A stretch of 64,000 bases of DNA from Planctomycetota bacterium (GTDB lineage Bacteria > Planctomycetota > PLA2 > JAEUHO01), in contig CBDCTJ010000007.1 of assembly GCA_965222115.1 (NCBI GenBank), positions 192,001 through 256,000 on the forward strand. The letters are read 5' to 3'. Both the position numbers and the translations under genes were made by a program. Of the stretch, positions 47,416-58,600 are shown piece after piece. The stretch's first letter is position 1, and each line of letters begins with the position of its first letter. The notes under the pieces were generated by a model. The model saw nothing but the letters and a program-made list of their open reading frames with translations. It searched no databases and had not been told where the DNA came from.

Positions 47416-50226
47416 TTATCCGGCGCGAACCGTCTCGGGGCGGGGATCGCTTTGCCACTGGGCGCGCATCATGCGAAAGCGTTCGCTCGCGCCTGTCGTG
47501 GCAGCTGCCATGGCCGCCATGCGTCGCTTGGCCTTGGAACGGTGCCCCACACTTCGACCAAGCTCCCCCACGTGGGCAAAGACAACAGAAAGCATGCGAT
47601 GAATGCGCGAATCGTCGGCGCGACTTCGATGCGTCACTTCGAGCAACGCGCTACCGGCCTTGGCCGCATTGCGCGCCTCTTCGTCACGCCCACTTAAGCA
47701 GCACGCCTCCGCCAGGTAGGCATAGGCCCCCGCACGGACGTCGGCCGGAAGCGACATATCGCGCCCAATCTCGGCGAAGAGTTCGCGGGCACGTGATTCC
47801 AATCCACTTGCCAACGCCAACCGTGCCGCTGCAAGTCGTGAGAGCGGTGCGTGGACGTCACTACGAAGTACGGCCTCGGCACGCCGACGATCGCCAGCGC
47901 GTAAGAAGGAGTCAAAGAGCGCGAGTTGTGCCGCATTGGCTTCCCGCAACAAGCCCGCTGCGCGCAAGTCACGTTCACTGCGTTCCAGAAGAGGTTCCGC
48001 ACCGGGGCTGCCCGCACGCAAGTCGGCCTCCGCGAGAATCGCTGCCGCGCGAACGCGAGCCATCGCTCCGTTGGCGCCCTCGGCCGCCAAGGCAGCAAAG
48101 TGCCGTTCTTGCCCTAAATCACCGCGACCGCGATGCGCCAAGGCCAACGCCAATTGAATCTCAACCAACAAATCACGAAGATCGGCCTGCACGGCAACAT
48201 CGGCCGCGCGCTCCAAGTGCTCGACGGCGCTGTCATACGACGCACAACGTGCGTGGGTCTGGCCCATGATGTAACGCGAGCCCGCTTCGCCGCGCGAGTC
48301 TTGGAGCAGACGATAGAGTTGTGCCGCTCGCGCAAGTGCGTCAAGACCCCCGTGGAGCTTTCCACGACGAACTTCTTGCACGCCCCAGCGCTCGTGAACA
48401 TCAGCGGCGGCGGCAAGATCGCCTTGCGTAAGCAACAACGAGCTGGCACGACGAAGGTGTGCCACGGAACATCCGGTACGGGCATCGGAAGTGGCACAGG
48501 CGGCGAGCGACGTATGCCAACGCGCAAGTGCGTAAAGATCGTCGTCAGCAATCACGCGCCGCGCCACACGCCATGCTTCCCGCGCACCCTCCACGTCATT
48601 GACATCGAACCGCAAGTCGGCGAGCAGCGCGAGCGCTTCAAACGCATGTGCGTCGGGGCCTTCAACGTGATATTCGGAGAGACGCTGCTGCAACATGGCG
48701 CGCGCGTGCCCCTGCTTGGACTGCTCACAGAGCAGGAGCCCTTTGAGGTACCAGAGCCCGGCGCCAATATTTTGTGCGCGCACGGCAGTCAGCGTAGCTA
48801 CCTGAGACGCGTCTGCATGACGCTCGGCGCGTCGCAGGAATCGAACGATGTTGATCAGCAAGTGGGTCGGCTGCGGTGTGGACTGCGCAAGCGTGATACC
48901 CGCGGTCACAATCACATCGAGGCACCAAGCGGGATAATCCCAGGGATCGGAAAACGCGTCGAGGGCATGTTGCGTGGCCACATGGAGTAGTGTCTCGTCG
49001 TCTCCAAGTACGGCGGCGTGGACGCGTTCGACGTACGAGCGGATGCCCTGACTTGGCGTCGGGTCAATCTGTCGCCAGGCATTGCAGTAACGGGAAACCG
49101 CACGCCCCATCGCTTCGGACGTAAGACCCTGGCGGTACGACTCGCGCGAGGCGCGGCTCGCGAAGATGCGGTCAAGTACGCGACCGCCGCGCGCCGCGGT
49201 GGCCTCCTCGAGAAGCTGCGTCACAAAGGACTGTTTCACGCCCGCGGCCTCGGCCAATACGCGCACGTCATCCGGACCGGCCATTAAGCAGGCCACGTTG
49301 AGCACCGCGGCAACCGGCCCACCACTGATGCGCGCCCACGTGGCGTAGTCGCCTTCGGACGTCGTGGGCACATGTAGATCGGAAGGCATGGTGTGCAGCG
49401 TTACGTGATGCCCGTCGCGCACAAGGTGACCGCTGCGGCCAAGTGCTCGCACGCTTTCAACAATGGCACCGGCGCGTCCCCCACAACCATGCGTCAGGGG
49501 ACGGGCAAGCCGCTTGGCCGTGTCGGCGTCGCGTAGCCAACGCTTCAACATGAGTTCGACTTGCGCGACCGAAAGCGCATCGATGTGAATCACTTCACCA
49601 TCGAGCGGCTCCGCCATGCTGTTTACACTGATCAATATTCGAATGGCGTCACTGGGTTCGCTCGGTTCACTAAGGAAGAACGCACGCGACGCCGGAGGAA
49701 GAAGGTCAAAGTCATCGATGATGATGGGATTCCCACCTGCCACGCGTGCGAGCAAACGTCGGAGTCGCGGAATCGACGGCCGCATATAGTGGCACTCCGA
49801 TTCGCTGCCCATCAGCCAGAGCGACATGGCCGTCACTTCCAAATCGGATTTGGAGATGGATGTGCGTAGGGCCCGTTCAATCTCTGAACGTGTACACTGA
49901 TCAAACACCCGTCGAAGCGCTCGACGAATGGGTTCGTATTCATCTTCACTGGGATCGCTACACGGCACAACCCACATAGGCTGCGGGGCGGGCTGCGCCT
50001 GAATGGCGAGCGCCACTTCGTGAAGCAGGCGCGTGCGTCCCGATATGCTGGCCCCACGCACCACGATTCGCCGTGGGCCACTACGACCCATTTGCAGGAG
50101 CGCGCGTATGGCATGCAGCGCGGGCTCACGTCCCGTTAACGGAACGTTCTTGCGATACGGTAGCCAAATGGGGTCAGCGGGACCTTTCACCGGGCTTCTA
50201 TCGACCGCGTGTGCCCCTCGACCCAA
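47416..50226 (-). CDS. Degenerate STAND/AAA ATPase-like protein with TPR-like repeats
   Basis: LTGREPAL, altered Walker A GASISGRTRLL, Walker B IIIDDFD, CGGRAG, helical C-terminus. Confidence 0.7.
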   Translation of the reverse strand: MGRGAHAVDRSPVKGPADPIWLPYRKNVPLTGREPALHAIRALLQMGRSGPRRIVVRGASISGRTRLLHEVALAIQAQPAPQPMWVVPCSDPSEDEYEPIRRALRRVFDQCTRSEIERALRTSISKSDLEVTAMSLWLMGSESECHYMRPSIPRLRRLLARVAGGNPIIIDDFDLLPPASRAFFLSEPSEPSDAIRILISVNSMAEPLDGEVIHIDALSVAQVELMLKRWLRDADTAKRLARPLTHGCGGRAGAIVESVRALGRSGHLVRDGHHVTLHTMPSDLHVPTTSEGDYATWARISGGPVAAVLNVACLMAGPDDVRVLAEAAGVKQSFVTQLLEEATAARGGRVLDRIFASRASRESYRQGLTSEAMGRAVSRYCNAWRQIDPTPSQGIRSYVERVHAAVLGDDETLLHVATQHALDAFSDPWDYPAWCLDVIVTAGITLAQSTPQPTHLLINIVRFLRRAERHADASQVATLTAVRAQNIGAGLWYLKGLLLCEQSKQGHARAMLQQRLSEYHVEGPDAHAFEALALLADLRFDVNDVEGAREAWRVARRVIADDDLYALARWHTSLAACATSDARTGCSVAHLRRASSLLLTQGDLAAAADVHERWGVQEVRRGKLHGGLDALARAAQLYRLLQDSRGEAGSRYIMGQTHARCASYDSAVEHLERAADVAVQADLRDLLVEIQLALALAHRGRGDLGQERHFAALAAEGANGAMARVRAAAILAEADLRAGSPGAEPLLERSERDLRAAGLLREANAAQLALFDSFLRAGDRRRAEAVLRSDVHAPLSRLAAARLALASGLESRARELFAEIGRDMSLPADVRAGAYAYLAEACCLSGRDEEARNAAKAGSALLEVTHRSRADDSRIHRMLSVVFAHVGELGRSVGHRSKAKRRMAAMAAATTGASERFRMMRAQWQSDPRPETVRAG

Positions 50227-50350
50227 CCCTCGAGGTAGAAATCAAATTCGTCGTTGTGGCTGGTTCGACGTGCTTCGCGGCGACTCGGCCGGATTGCCAC
50301 GCGCCCGGCTTCTATTTGTTCACTTTCTTAGACACACTCACGCATTTGAC

Positions 50351-51613
50351 TTACGCCGTTGGCACGCGGGGACCTGCTCCATGCCCTGCTCCATGAAAGT
50401 GAGGCCCGCGAACAACTACGTGTGGCGATACGCGTGTCATGACGCGCGCAGCGATGGCGTCGGCCGCGCCGGGTCGCCCGAACGCTTTGGCCGCATGCGC
50501 AGCACGCGCAAGACGCGCGGGTTCGCCGAGCAACGCACTTACGCGTAGCCGCACGTCTTCGGCAGTCAGTGCGCGAAATCCAGCGCCCGCTTCAACGACG
50601 GCATCTGCGTTGCGTTCTTCCTGTCCGGGTATGGAACCCGATATGAGAAGCGGTTTCCCCATGGCCATGCACTCGGAAACCGTCACACCGCCACTCTTGC
50701 CGATGACGAGATCTGCCGTCGCCATCCACGATGCGACGTCGTCAACAAACCCCAGCACACGCAATGTGGCGCCGCTGGGACGCGCCAAACGAGCTACGCG
50801 CCGCCGCATTCGCTCGTTGCGCCCACAGATGGCCACCACTTGGATGTCACGGCGGTCCAGCCACATCCCATGAATGGCGCGCTCCGTATCGCCGGCGGCA
50901 AACCCGGCCGATAGAAATAACACGACCGGCGAATCGGGACGCAAGCCGTGCATCGCGCGCGCATCGTGCATCGACGGCGCCTCTACGAACTGACGACGAA
51001 CGGGTATGCCGGTTGCTTCTATGTGGGCGGGGGGCACGGCGAAGCGCAGCGTGAGGCGCGACCCAATGATTGGAGTAGGTACGAAGTAGCGAGAGACGGA
51101 CGGCCAGTACCAGATGCGATGTGAGTCGTGATCGGTGACGACCACCTCCAGTTGGGTTTGCAGACGACCACGCGCAATCGCGGGCGAGAGAATCTCGGGG
51201 CCCAAAAAATGCGTACACACGACGGCATCGGGACTCGCCTCCTGACAGGCGCGCAAAAACGTCGCGCCGCAGAGTCGCGTCAACCCGTGGGTCAACGCGG
51301 AGCCGCGCTTGTCGCTGGCTTCATAGAGCGCGCGCCACACCGCCGGCATTCGATCCACAAGTTTGAGGTAGCCACTTCGATAGATGCGACCGTAGCCCGC
51401 ACGCATCATTCGAACCGCATCGATGTGCTCGACGTGGGGACGCAAGGGGTGACGCTGAAAGGCATCCGTCAATGCGACGCCGGCCATGGTGTGTCCATTG
51501 CCCGCCGACCCGCTTACCACCCAAATGCGTTTGCGGTCGGGGACCGTGACGTTAGAGGCAGCAACTCGGGGGGCACTGGCATTGGAGGCGTCGCGGGCGT
51601 TGGCGTCGGTCAC
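50351..51613 (-). CDS. MGDG synthase/UgtP-like glycosyltransferase (GT28)
   Basis: SAGNGH, VCTHF, VVTD, TGIPVR, ICGRN, KSGGVTVSEC, PGQEERNA. Confidence 0.92.
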   Translation of the reverse strand: MTDANARDASNASAPRVAASNVTVPDRKRIWVVSGSAGNGHTMAGVALTDAFQRHPLRPHVEHIDAVRMMRAGYGRIYRSGYLKLVDRMPAVWRALYEASDKRGSALTHGLTRLCGATFLRACQEASPDAVVCTHFLGPEILSPAIARGRLQTQLEVVVTDHDSHRIWYWPSVSRYFVPTPIIGSRLTLRFAVPPAHIEATGIPVRRQFVEAPSMHDARAMHGLRPDSPVVLFLSAGFAAGDTERAIHGMWLDRRDIQVVAICGRNERMRRRVARLARPSGATLRVLGFVDDVASWMATADLVIGKSGGVTVSECMAMGKPLLISGSIPGQEERNADAVVEAGAGFRALTAEDVRLRVSALLGEPARLARAAHAAKAFGRPGAADAIAARVMTRVSPHVVVRGPHFHGAGHGAGPRVPTA

Positions 51614-51764
51614 AGACTAGATTCCCAAATCACAGGCGGGCGGGGCTATCGTACCGTGCACACGCGGCTTCGCGCCGGTGCGGTCGTGTACATTCGCAAG
51701 ACCACGAGTGAACTATTCAAGCCATTGGCGGCGTTGTTTCCAACGCCCACCACGAAAAGGTCGT

Positions 51765-52844
51765 ATGAGTCGAGCGTATCGAGATCCGGGGCAACCACCG
51801 GCATGGATGAATGCGCTGCGTTGGCTCAATGCCTCGTTTCGCTTGGGTCGGTTCTTTTCGGTCGAGGTGCTCATCTACTGGGTGGCGGCACTGCTGTTGC
51901 CGCTCATCTTCTGGCTTGAGTATGGTCGCGTAGGCTTCGAAGGCAGCGAGCTTGCGTATGTAACGCTCTCAAGCACGCTTTGGCTGCTGTTTGTCGTATG
52001 GGTGCATGAAATGGGACACATTCTGGCGGCGCGCCGGTTTGGCGTGCATACGTCCCATATTTCACTGAGCCCTCTTGGTGGTTTGGCGCACCTCAATACA
52101 CCGGCACCCAACGCACGCGCGGACATCAAGATTTCGCTCGCCGGGCCCTTGGTCCATGTGCCTTGGATGCTCATTGCGTGGGCGGGTCGCGAGTGGATCC
52201 CCCACGACGTTCTGCGACCCGATGGCTGGGCGTTCGGACCGCTTCAATTCAGCGCACACTATTTGTTTTCACTCAATCTCGCCCTGTTCCTCTTCAATCT
52301 GCTCCCGTTCTTTCCCCTGGATGGCGGGCGCGTGTTTCGCGCGTGGCTCTCCCTGCGCACCCATCCCAATCGCGCCACATTGATTGCGTGCCGCGTCGGT
52401 AAGGTCGGTGCACTCCTGATTGGCCTTGTTGGCTTGCTCAGCATGTTTGGACTGTTTGGCGACTCATGGTGGGGCGTCATTCTGGTGATCCTCGGTATCA
52501 GCGGATATCTCACGTGTCGCCGCGAGATGATTGCGGCACGTTATGGCCACGGTCCCTTCGGTGCCGAGAGGCGTGAGGCGTGGCAGCGTGATCCCGATGC
52601 GTGGAAGGGGAGCGGCGCATCCGCAACTAGCTCCCTTGACACCAAGCCCCGTGTCACCAAATCCCGTGTCACCAGGCGCAAGGCGCGCGAGGTGGAACGG
52701 AAGGCGGAACAACGTGAGGCATTGCGCGCAGAAGTTGACGCCCTGCTTGACAAGGTGAGCCGCGTCGGCATGTCGGGACTCACCCCCCGCGAACGAAAAC
52801 AACTCAAGCACGCGTCGAAGAAACTTGCGAGCGACGAGACGTAG
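51765..52844 (+). CDS. Site-2 protease (M50) with a C-terminal helical domain
   Basis: HEMGH, PLGGLA, SLAGP, FNLLPFFPLDGG; EVDALLDKVSRVGMSGLT..ER. Confidence 0.92.
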   Translation: MSRAYRDPGQPPAWMNALRWLNASFRLGRFFSVEVLIYWVAALLLPLIFWLEYGRVGFEGSELAYVTLSSTLWLLFVVWVHEMGHILAARRFGVHTSHISLSPLGGLAHLNTPAPNARADIKISLAGPLVHVPWMLIAWAGREWIPHDVLRPDGWAFGPLQFSAHYLFSLNLALFLFNLLPFFPLDGGRVFRAWLSLRTHPNRATLIACRVGKVGALLIGLVGLLSMFGLFGDSWWGVILVILGISGYLTCRREMIAARYGHGPFGAERREAWQRDPDAWKGSGASATSSLDTKPRVTKSRVTRRKAREVERKAEQREALRAEVDALLDKVSRVGMSGLTPRERKQLKHASKKLASDET

Positions 52845-52948
52845 GCACCGACACGTGATTGGGTGGCGCGGGGGTTCGGCCGCGAATCGAGGCGACCCAC
52901 CCGATGATGCTTCGCTCCCCTCGCTGCTGGCAGTACCCTTCTTCGCTC

Positions 52949-53025
52949 GGGCGAATAGCTCAGTTGGCTAGAGCACCTCGTTTACACCGAGGGGGTCGGG
53001 GGTTCGAGTCCCTCTTCGCCCACCA
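52949..53025 (+). tRNA. tRNA-Val (anticodon TAC)
   Basis: GGGCGAA/TTCGCCC acceptor stem, D-arm TAGCTCAGTTGGCTAGAGC, anticodon arm CCTCG-TTTACAC-CGAGG, GGTTCGAGTCC, encoded CCA. Confidence 0.97.
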
Positions 53026-53055
53026 TGTTTCCATCCGCAAGCCCTCACCTTTCTC

Positions 53056-53116
53056 TCTTCCACCGGCACCTGTCTTCCTCCGACACCCTCTTCCTCCGAC
53101 ACCCTCTTCCTCCGAC
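53056..53116. repeat. 16-bp pyrimidine-rich tandem repeat TCTTCCTCCGACACCC (2 full, 1 partial, 1 degenerate)
   Basis: Read directly just downstream of the tRNA. Confidence 0.9.
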
Positions 53117-53193
53117 CTACGCGCGCCGTCCTTGATTCCTTCGTTTCTCATTCATTCGTCGCTGAGCGCGACACGCATCGTCCGAGTTTCGCC

Positions 53194-54285
53194 ATGAACG
53201 ACTCATCCCCCAAGGGCGATCACGAATCCCGCCGCGTCGCACACGTGCCGGCGCACTGTGACGGTCAGCGCCTCGATCGTTTTCTGGTCGAACACTTTCC
53301 GCGCTATTCGCGCAAGACGTTGCAGCGCGTAATTCGCGCCGGCTTGATACGGGTCAACGCGCAGCGAGGGAAGCCGGGAACCGTTCTCAGGGGCGGCGAC
53401 TACTTGGAACTTCCTGTTCTTAGCGAAGCCGTCGAACAACTGAAAGCGCAGCGAGAGCAATCACGCACCAAGGGTCATGTCGCCGACGACATCGTGGAAC
53501 TCTATCGCGATGACGATCTCATCGTAATCAACAAGCCGGCCGGTGTGGCGGTGCATGGCGGTGCCAGTCACACGCCGCAGGCAACCATCATCGACCGCAT
53601 GCGTACCGACATTCTTGCGGGCTTTGGCCTTGTGCATCGCTTGGATCGCGACACGACCGGTGCCCTGGCCTTGGTGCGCGGAAAAGACGCACGAAACAAC
53701 ATGATGGCGCTGTTTGCGTCGGACAGGCTCGAAGGGGATTCATCGCCTTTGGACGGTGCGGGACGCGCCGTGACGAAGCAGTACACCGCCATTGTGAGTG
53801 GACAGTTGGATCCGCGTGACGGCGTCATTGATCTTCCGCTATCCCCACCGGTGGGTCGGCGGCGACGCACGCATGTAGACCATGAGCAGGGCAAGGCCGC
53901 GTTGACCGAGTACCAAACCGAAGAGGTCTTCACGCGTGCATCGCGGCTCACGCTGTCCCTCCGAACCGGTCGAACGCATCAATTGCGTGCCCACCTACAA
54001 GCACGGGGCGCGCCGTTGTTGGTGGATCCGCTGTATGGCGGTCGGCGCAGCTTGCATATTCGTGATCCGCGGCGCCAGCGTGACCTCTATCTCAAACGCA
54101 CGCCTCTACACGCTTCACGGCTTGTCTTCCCACACCCCACGTGCGATGAACTCGTAGACGTGGCGGCACCCATTCCCGAAGATATGCGCTACGCACTGGA
54201 ATTGCTGCGCGTCATTACGGGACGTGGTCTCAAGCGTGGCGGCCTACCGCCCGATGCGAGGCCGCCGACCGCGATGGGAACGTAA
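53194..54285 (+). CDS. RluD/RluC-like pseudouridine synthase with S4 domain
   Basis: GQRLDRFL (S4), NKPAGVAVH, VHRLDRDTTG, TGRTHQLRAH, D.LYG, LHA. Confidence 0.93.
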   Translation: MNDSSPKGDHESRRVAHVPAHCDGQRLDRFLVEHFPRYSRKTLQRVIRAGLIRVNAQRGKPGTVLRGGDYLELPVLSEAVEQLKAQREQSRTKGHVADDIVELYRDDDLIVINKPAGVAVHGGASHTPQATIIDRMRTDILAGFGLVHRLDRDTTGALALVRGKDARNNMMALFASDRLEGDSSPLDGAGRAVTKQYTAIVSGQLDPRDGVIDLPLSPPVGRRRRTHVDHEQGKAALTEYQTEEVFTRASRLTLSLRTGRTHQLRAHLQARGAPLLVDPLYGGRRSLHIRDPRRQRDLYLKRTPLHASRLVFPHPTCDELVDVAAPIPEDMRYALELLRVITGRGLKRGGLPPDARPPTAMGT

Positions 54286-54562
54286 CAACGGCCAGCACGC
54301 CGAATTTCTAAACACAACGAGATGATGATTATCGCGTGCTATCGACGTGTCTTGATACGGCGGCGCTTTTGACGCTTGGGGCTACAGGGACGCTTGCCAT
54401 GATTGGCCTTCTTGACGAGGCGGCGATTGACGGCCATGGCGAAACTCCAATGAAACGACCCAAGGGTGGGCGACAAGCGGCGCAGAGGGTACCAGCAAAT
54501 GCAGGGCAACCCACTTTCGCCCCCACGCCGGAGCAACACGGGCGGCGCTGCGTGTTGTTTGG

Positions 54563-55375
54563 CTAGCCCTCGGAAGCCGTGGGCGCCACGAGCCGGCCAC
54601 TTTGCGCGTAGAAGTCGCGGGGGTTGTTCCACACCAGTTCCTGGATGTCGGCTTCCGCCCACGCCCGGCGACGCAGCTCCAAAATCGTGCGCGGCACCAT
54701 CATTGGATCGCTCGGACCCCAATCCGCACTGCTGTTGATCATGCAGCGCTCGTGTCCGTACTGGTCCAGCAGATTGGCGGCACGCGCGGGCGAAAGTTTG
54801 GTGTGGGGATACACCGTCATGCCAGCCCAGCAGCCAAAGTCACGCACCAGATCCATCGTCTCCTCGGTGTTGTGGTCATAGAGCACGACATCAGGATCCA
54901 CCTTCATCTCGCGAAGGATGGCCAGATTGCGCTCCGTGCCGCGACGTTTCTCGCGATGGCACGAGTGAATCAACATGGGCATCTTACGCTTGAGCGCCAT
55001 TTCAATTTGCGCGACCATCATCCGTTCTTCGGCGTCGGTGATGTCGTCGAACCCGATTTCGCCCACCGCCACACATCGCGGGTGATCCAAGAAGGGTTCC
55101 ATGGCCGCCAGCGCATCCAACGCCAACCCCTCATCGTTGGCCTCTCGCGGATTTACGGAAATGGTGTGGTACTGATCGATGAGATACATCGCCGCTCGCT
55201 GATGTTCATAGCCCGCAATGCTGTGCCAGTAGTCCACAAAGGTCCCAACCGACGTCCGTGGCTGCCCCAGCCAAAACGAGGGTTCCACAACAGCTTGCAC
55301 GCCAGCAAGCGCAAGGCTCTCGTAGTCGTCGGTCGTGCGCGCATACAGATGGATATGCGGTTCGAAGATCTTCAT
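54563..55375 (-). CDS. eboB: TatD-family hydrolase of EboB type
   Basis: PHIH..RTTDDY, EPSFWLGQPRT, NPREAN, GEIGFD, DHNTEET, YPHTK, SSADWG.SDP. Confidence 0.85.
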   Translation of the reverse strand: MKIFEPHIHLYARTTDDYESLALAGVQAVVEPSFWLGQPRTSVGTFVDYWHSIAGYEHQRAAMYLIDQYHTISVNPREANDEGLALDALAAMEPFLDHPRCVAVGEIGFDDITDAEERMMVAQIEMALKRKMPMLIHSCHREKRRGTERNLAILREMKVDPDVVLYDHNTEETMDLVRDFGCWAGMTVYPHTKLSPARAANLLDQYGHERCMINSSADWGPSDPMMVPRTILELRRRAWAEADIQELVWNNPRDFYAQSGRLVAPTASEG

Positions 55376-55609
55376 GCGCGTGTTCTAACGCCGGGCGCCA
55401 CCGGAACCGCCAATCGATTCCGAGCTGGGCCGCGTCTCGCCTTCACAAAGTGAGACGACACCTACAACTAGCTGACAAGTGTCAGGCGAACGGAATCCAA
55501 GGGACCCGCAGTGCCGATTCGGGGTCGAAGCGGTCGATAGGAGAACACGTATATCCAGGCCGCTCGCGCCGCGAGGTGGTCAACGTGAACAATTGCTGGA
55601 GCCGCCACG

Positions 55610-58600
55610 GTGAGCCTCAAAGGCACGCTAGACACATTCAGCCTGCAGGAATTGCTGCAGATGCTGGCCTTCAATCAGAAGGTAGGCACGCTGGTCCTTG
55701 AGACCGCGTCCGGGACGGCTGCGTTGTATCTGAGCCGCGGCCGCGTGAGCTTCTTTGCGTCGGACCCGGTCGTGTCCGAATGGATGGGCCGCCTGGCCAA
55801 GCGCACGTGCCGCCAACCCCGTCGTCTCGATCAGGCCATTCGCGATCAGAAAGAATCGCGGCGCTACATGGGCAATATCCTGCTGCAAATGAGGCTTTTT
55901 ACGGAGCAGGAGGTCCGCGACCTCTACACCGACGTTGCCGCCGACCGCATTTTTCATATTCAGTCCCAAGAAATCCACAGCTTCGAATTTCGCGAGGGCA
56001 TTTCGGTTGGCCCGGACGGAAGTGCAAGTACGCCGCTTGATCCACTCATGCAAGTGGACGCGCTGTTGCTCGATCTCACGCGAAAGATGGACCACTGGGC
56101 AAGTTATCGCGAACAGATCACCAGCCTTGATGAGGTATACGAGCAGTCGGGTGAAGCATGGGAGCCGACGTCACTCGGAGACGTAGATCCCGGTCGCGCA
56201 CATGCTGTTGCCCACGCCGTAGACGGCGTGCGAACCGTTCGCCAAATCGCCGAAGCCAGCGGCGTGGATCTCTTCACGACGGTACAAGCGCTGATCGCGC
56301 TCCTGGATCAGGGCGCCATCCGTGTCGCGAGTACCGCCGGTTTGTATGACCGTGCGCAACGTGTCATGGAAGAGGGAGACGCGCGCACCGGCGCGTCACT
56401 GCTCGGTGCGCTCGCGGGACGGCAAGACGCCCCAATGGATGCCGCGCTCTTGGAGGCGGAAGCCTACGAGTCGCTGGGCGAAGACCGCCTTGCCGCGACG
56501 GCCATGGAGCGCTACGCAAACGCTGAACATCAAGACCCCGAACATCGATATCGCGCGCTGTACAAAGCGGCATCCCTGCGGGAAAACGACTTGGCATCGT
56601 GGCTTACCGTGTGCGATGCATACCTCCAGCGCCGCGATGTGCTCTACGCCGTTCGGGAGTCCGCGGCGGAAGCCGTACACATTGCTGCACGCCTTTCGCT
56701 AGAAGAGTCGCGGCCCCACGACGCCGCGACGCGCTTGCAGGCATTCGTCGATCTGGGCGACGTTCGTTCCGAAGATCGCGTACTCCTGGCCGACCTGTAT
56801 GCCGCCAGTGACGACATCTCGGCAGCGGCCAAGACGCTCTGCGCGCATGGAGACGACATCCTCGCGGCGGGACGCCCGGGAGCGGCGTTGGCGGTGTACC
56901 GCCGTGCGCTACGGCTCGACCCGCAATGCAAGTACGCAAGGAAGCGGGTGGGCACGCTCGAACCGAGCATGACCGTTCCGCGTCGTTCCACCCTCCGACG
57001 CACACTTCCCACCCTCCTTATTCCGGTGCTGCTTGCCGCAGCGGGCATTGCCGGATGGAACGCCATGAAGCAAACCGACGAGACGGTCGATCTCGTCGCC
57101 GATCGATCCAAAACGCTCGTTGCGCGAGCCGATGATCGTGGCGCTGCCTTAATTACGTCGTTTCAGAAGCACGTAGACGCGGCTGCGGTGAAAGAGGATG
57201 GCTACGACGCGTTAGTCAAAGAGGCGACCCATCTTCGTGAGCGCGTCGCAGAAGCCATGGCCACGGACGACGGCGAAATCGAGGCCATGGCCAAGTCGCT
57301 AGACAACGCGCGGCGGGGCGGAACAAGCGTTGCGGAGCAAATCCGAGAAGCGCTTCGTGAGTGCCAAGCGAGAGCCGATGCGCGCGTGACTAAGGTTCTT
57401 GGCGCGCTAAAGATCCGTTGTGAACACGCGTTGCACAAAGGAAAGAAGGCCCACGCAGAAGGCAACTTCACGGATGCGCATGGCCTGCTCCTCGAGGCTC
57501 AAAGTCTATCCGTGCACAATGAAGATGTTCATTTGCAGGCGGAGGCGCAATTTGCTGCTGTGTCGCGCTACCTCAAGAAGTTTGAGGACGTGCGCAACGC
57601 CATGGAGCATGCTGAAGTTGCTGGCGACTTGCAACAAGCGTACGCCACAGGCATCGAAGGCATCCGTGAACTCTTGGACTCCGACGTCACGCGTTCTCTT
57701 CGTTTCCCGGTTCAAGTCACCAGCACCCCACCGGACGCTGAGATTTACGTGGGCGGCGTCGATACCGGTCTGCGCACGCCCACGGTGATTCACTACAGTC
57801 CCATGAGCGAAGACACGTTCCTCAAGGTTCGCCTCCCAGGTTACACAACATTTGAAGTTGAATTGCCCACGCTGTCCCATGCAACGCGTCCAGAATCCAC
57901 CGCGCACGAATGGAAGAACGTCGTGGATTGCACGCTTGCCCCAGGACCCAGCGCTGTGGTTCATTCCCGCGTCTCCCCCACGTTGACACACGTGTGGAGC
58001 TCGGGCGAGCAGTCCTTTGTACTTGGCAGCGAAGGGCATGTGATCTTCGCCGTGGACACACAACGCAGTCGACTGGTCCAGCACACCAGCACGCCTGCCC
58101 ATGCAAGCGCCTTCGTAAACGCTGGAGCCATGAGCGACGGGTACCAATGGACGTTCTCCGATGACGAAACACTGGAAGTTCATCGCGGCGACGGCTTGAC
58201 ATGGCGCAGGCGACTCTCCACACCCATGGTGGGCGCCCCGGTGCTTCGACGTGAAATCGTCTTGGTGCTCACAGCTTCCGGCGCCGTGTTGGGCCTTGAT
58301 GCAAAGACCGGTGGGCTGGCATGGCAACACGCGCTGCCGTCGCGTCCGCGCCATGGTCTTCGTCGTACGACGGCAGGCGCCACCGTGACCACGGTGCGAG
58401 GTGAAGTTTTTCAGTTTCATGCCGGGACCGGCGTGTGTGACTCCATCGCTCCTGCACGCGATGAGCGCGCCGGCTCTGTCCGACTCGGTCGCGGCGTTTT
58501 GGTTGTGGGATCGGGGAAGGGCGGTTTGCAGTTCTTTCGCTCCGCCGGTCGGCCTACCGTACTGAAACACACGCGCCGCGTAACAGGCCACCAACTCGTG

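Noticed and set aside
52949-53025. tRNA-Val as an integration site
   Set aside because: No integrase nearby, no duplicated tRNA 3' end noticed, and the flanks are ordinary genes.
54336-54566. 76-aa ORF between the pseudouridine synthase and eboB
   Set aside because: Could be real, but it has no clear RBS or recognisable motif, so support is insufficient.
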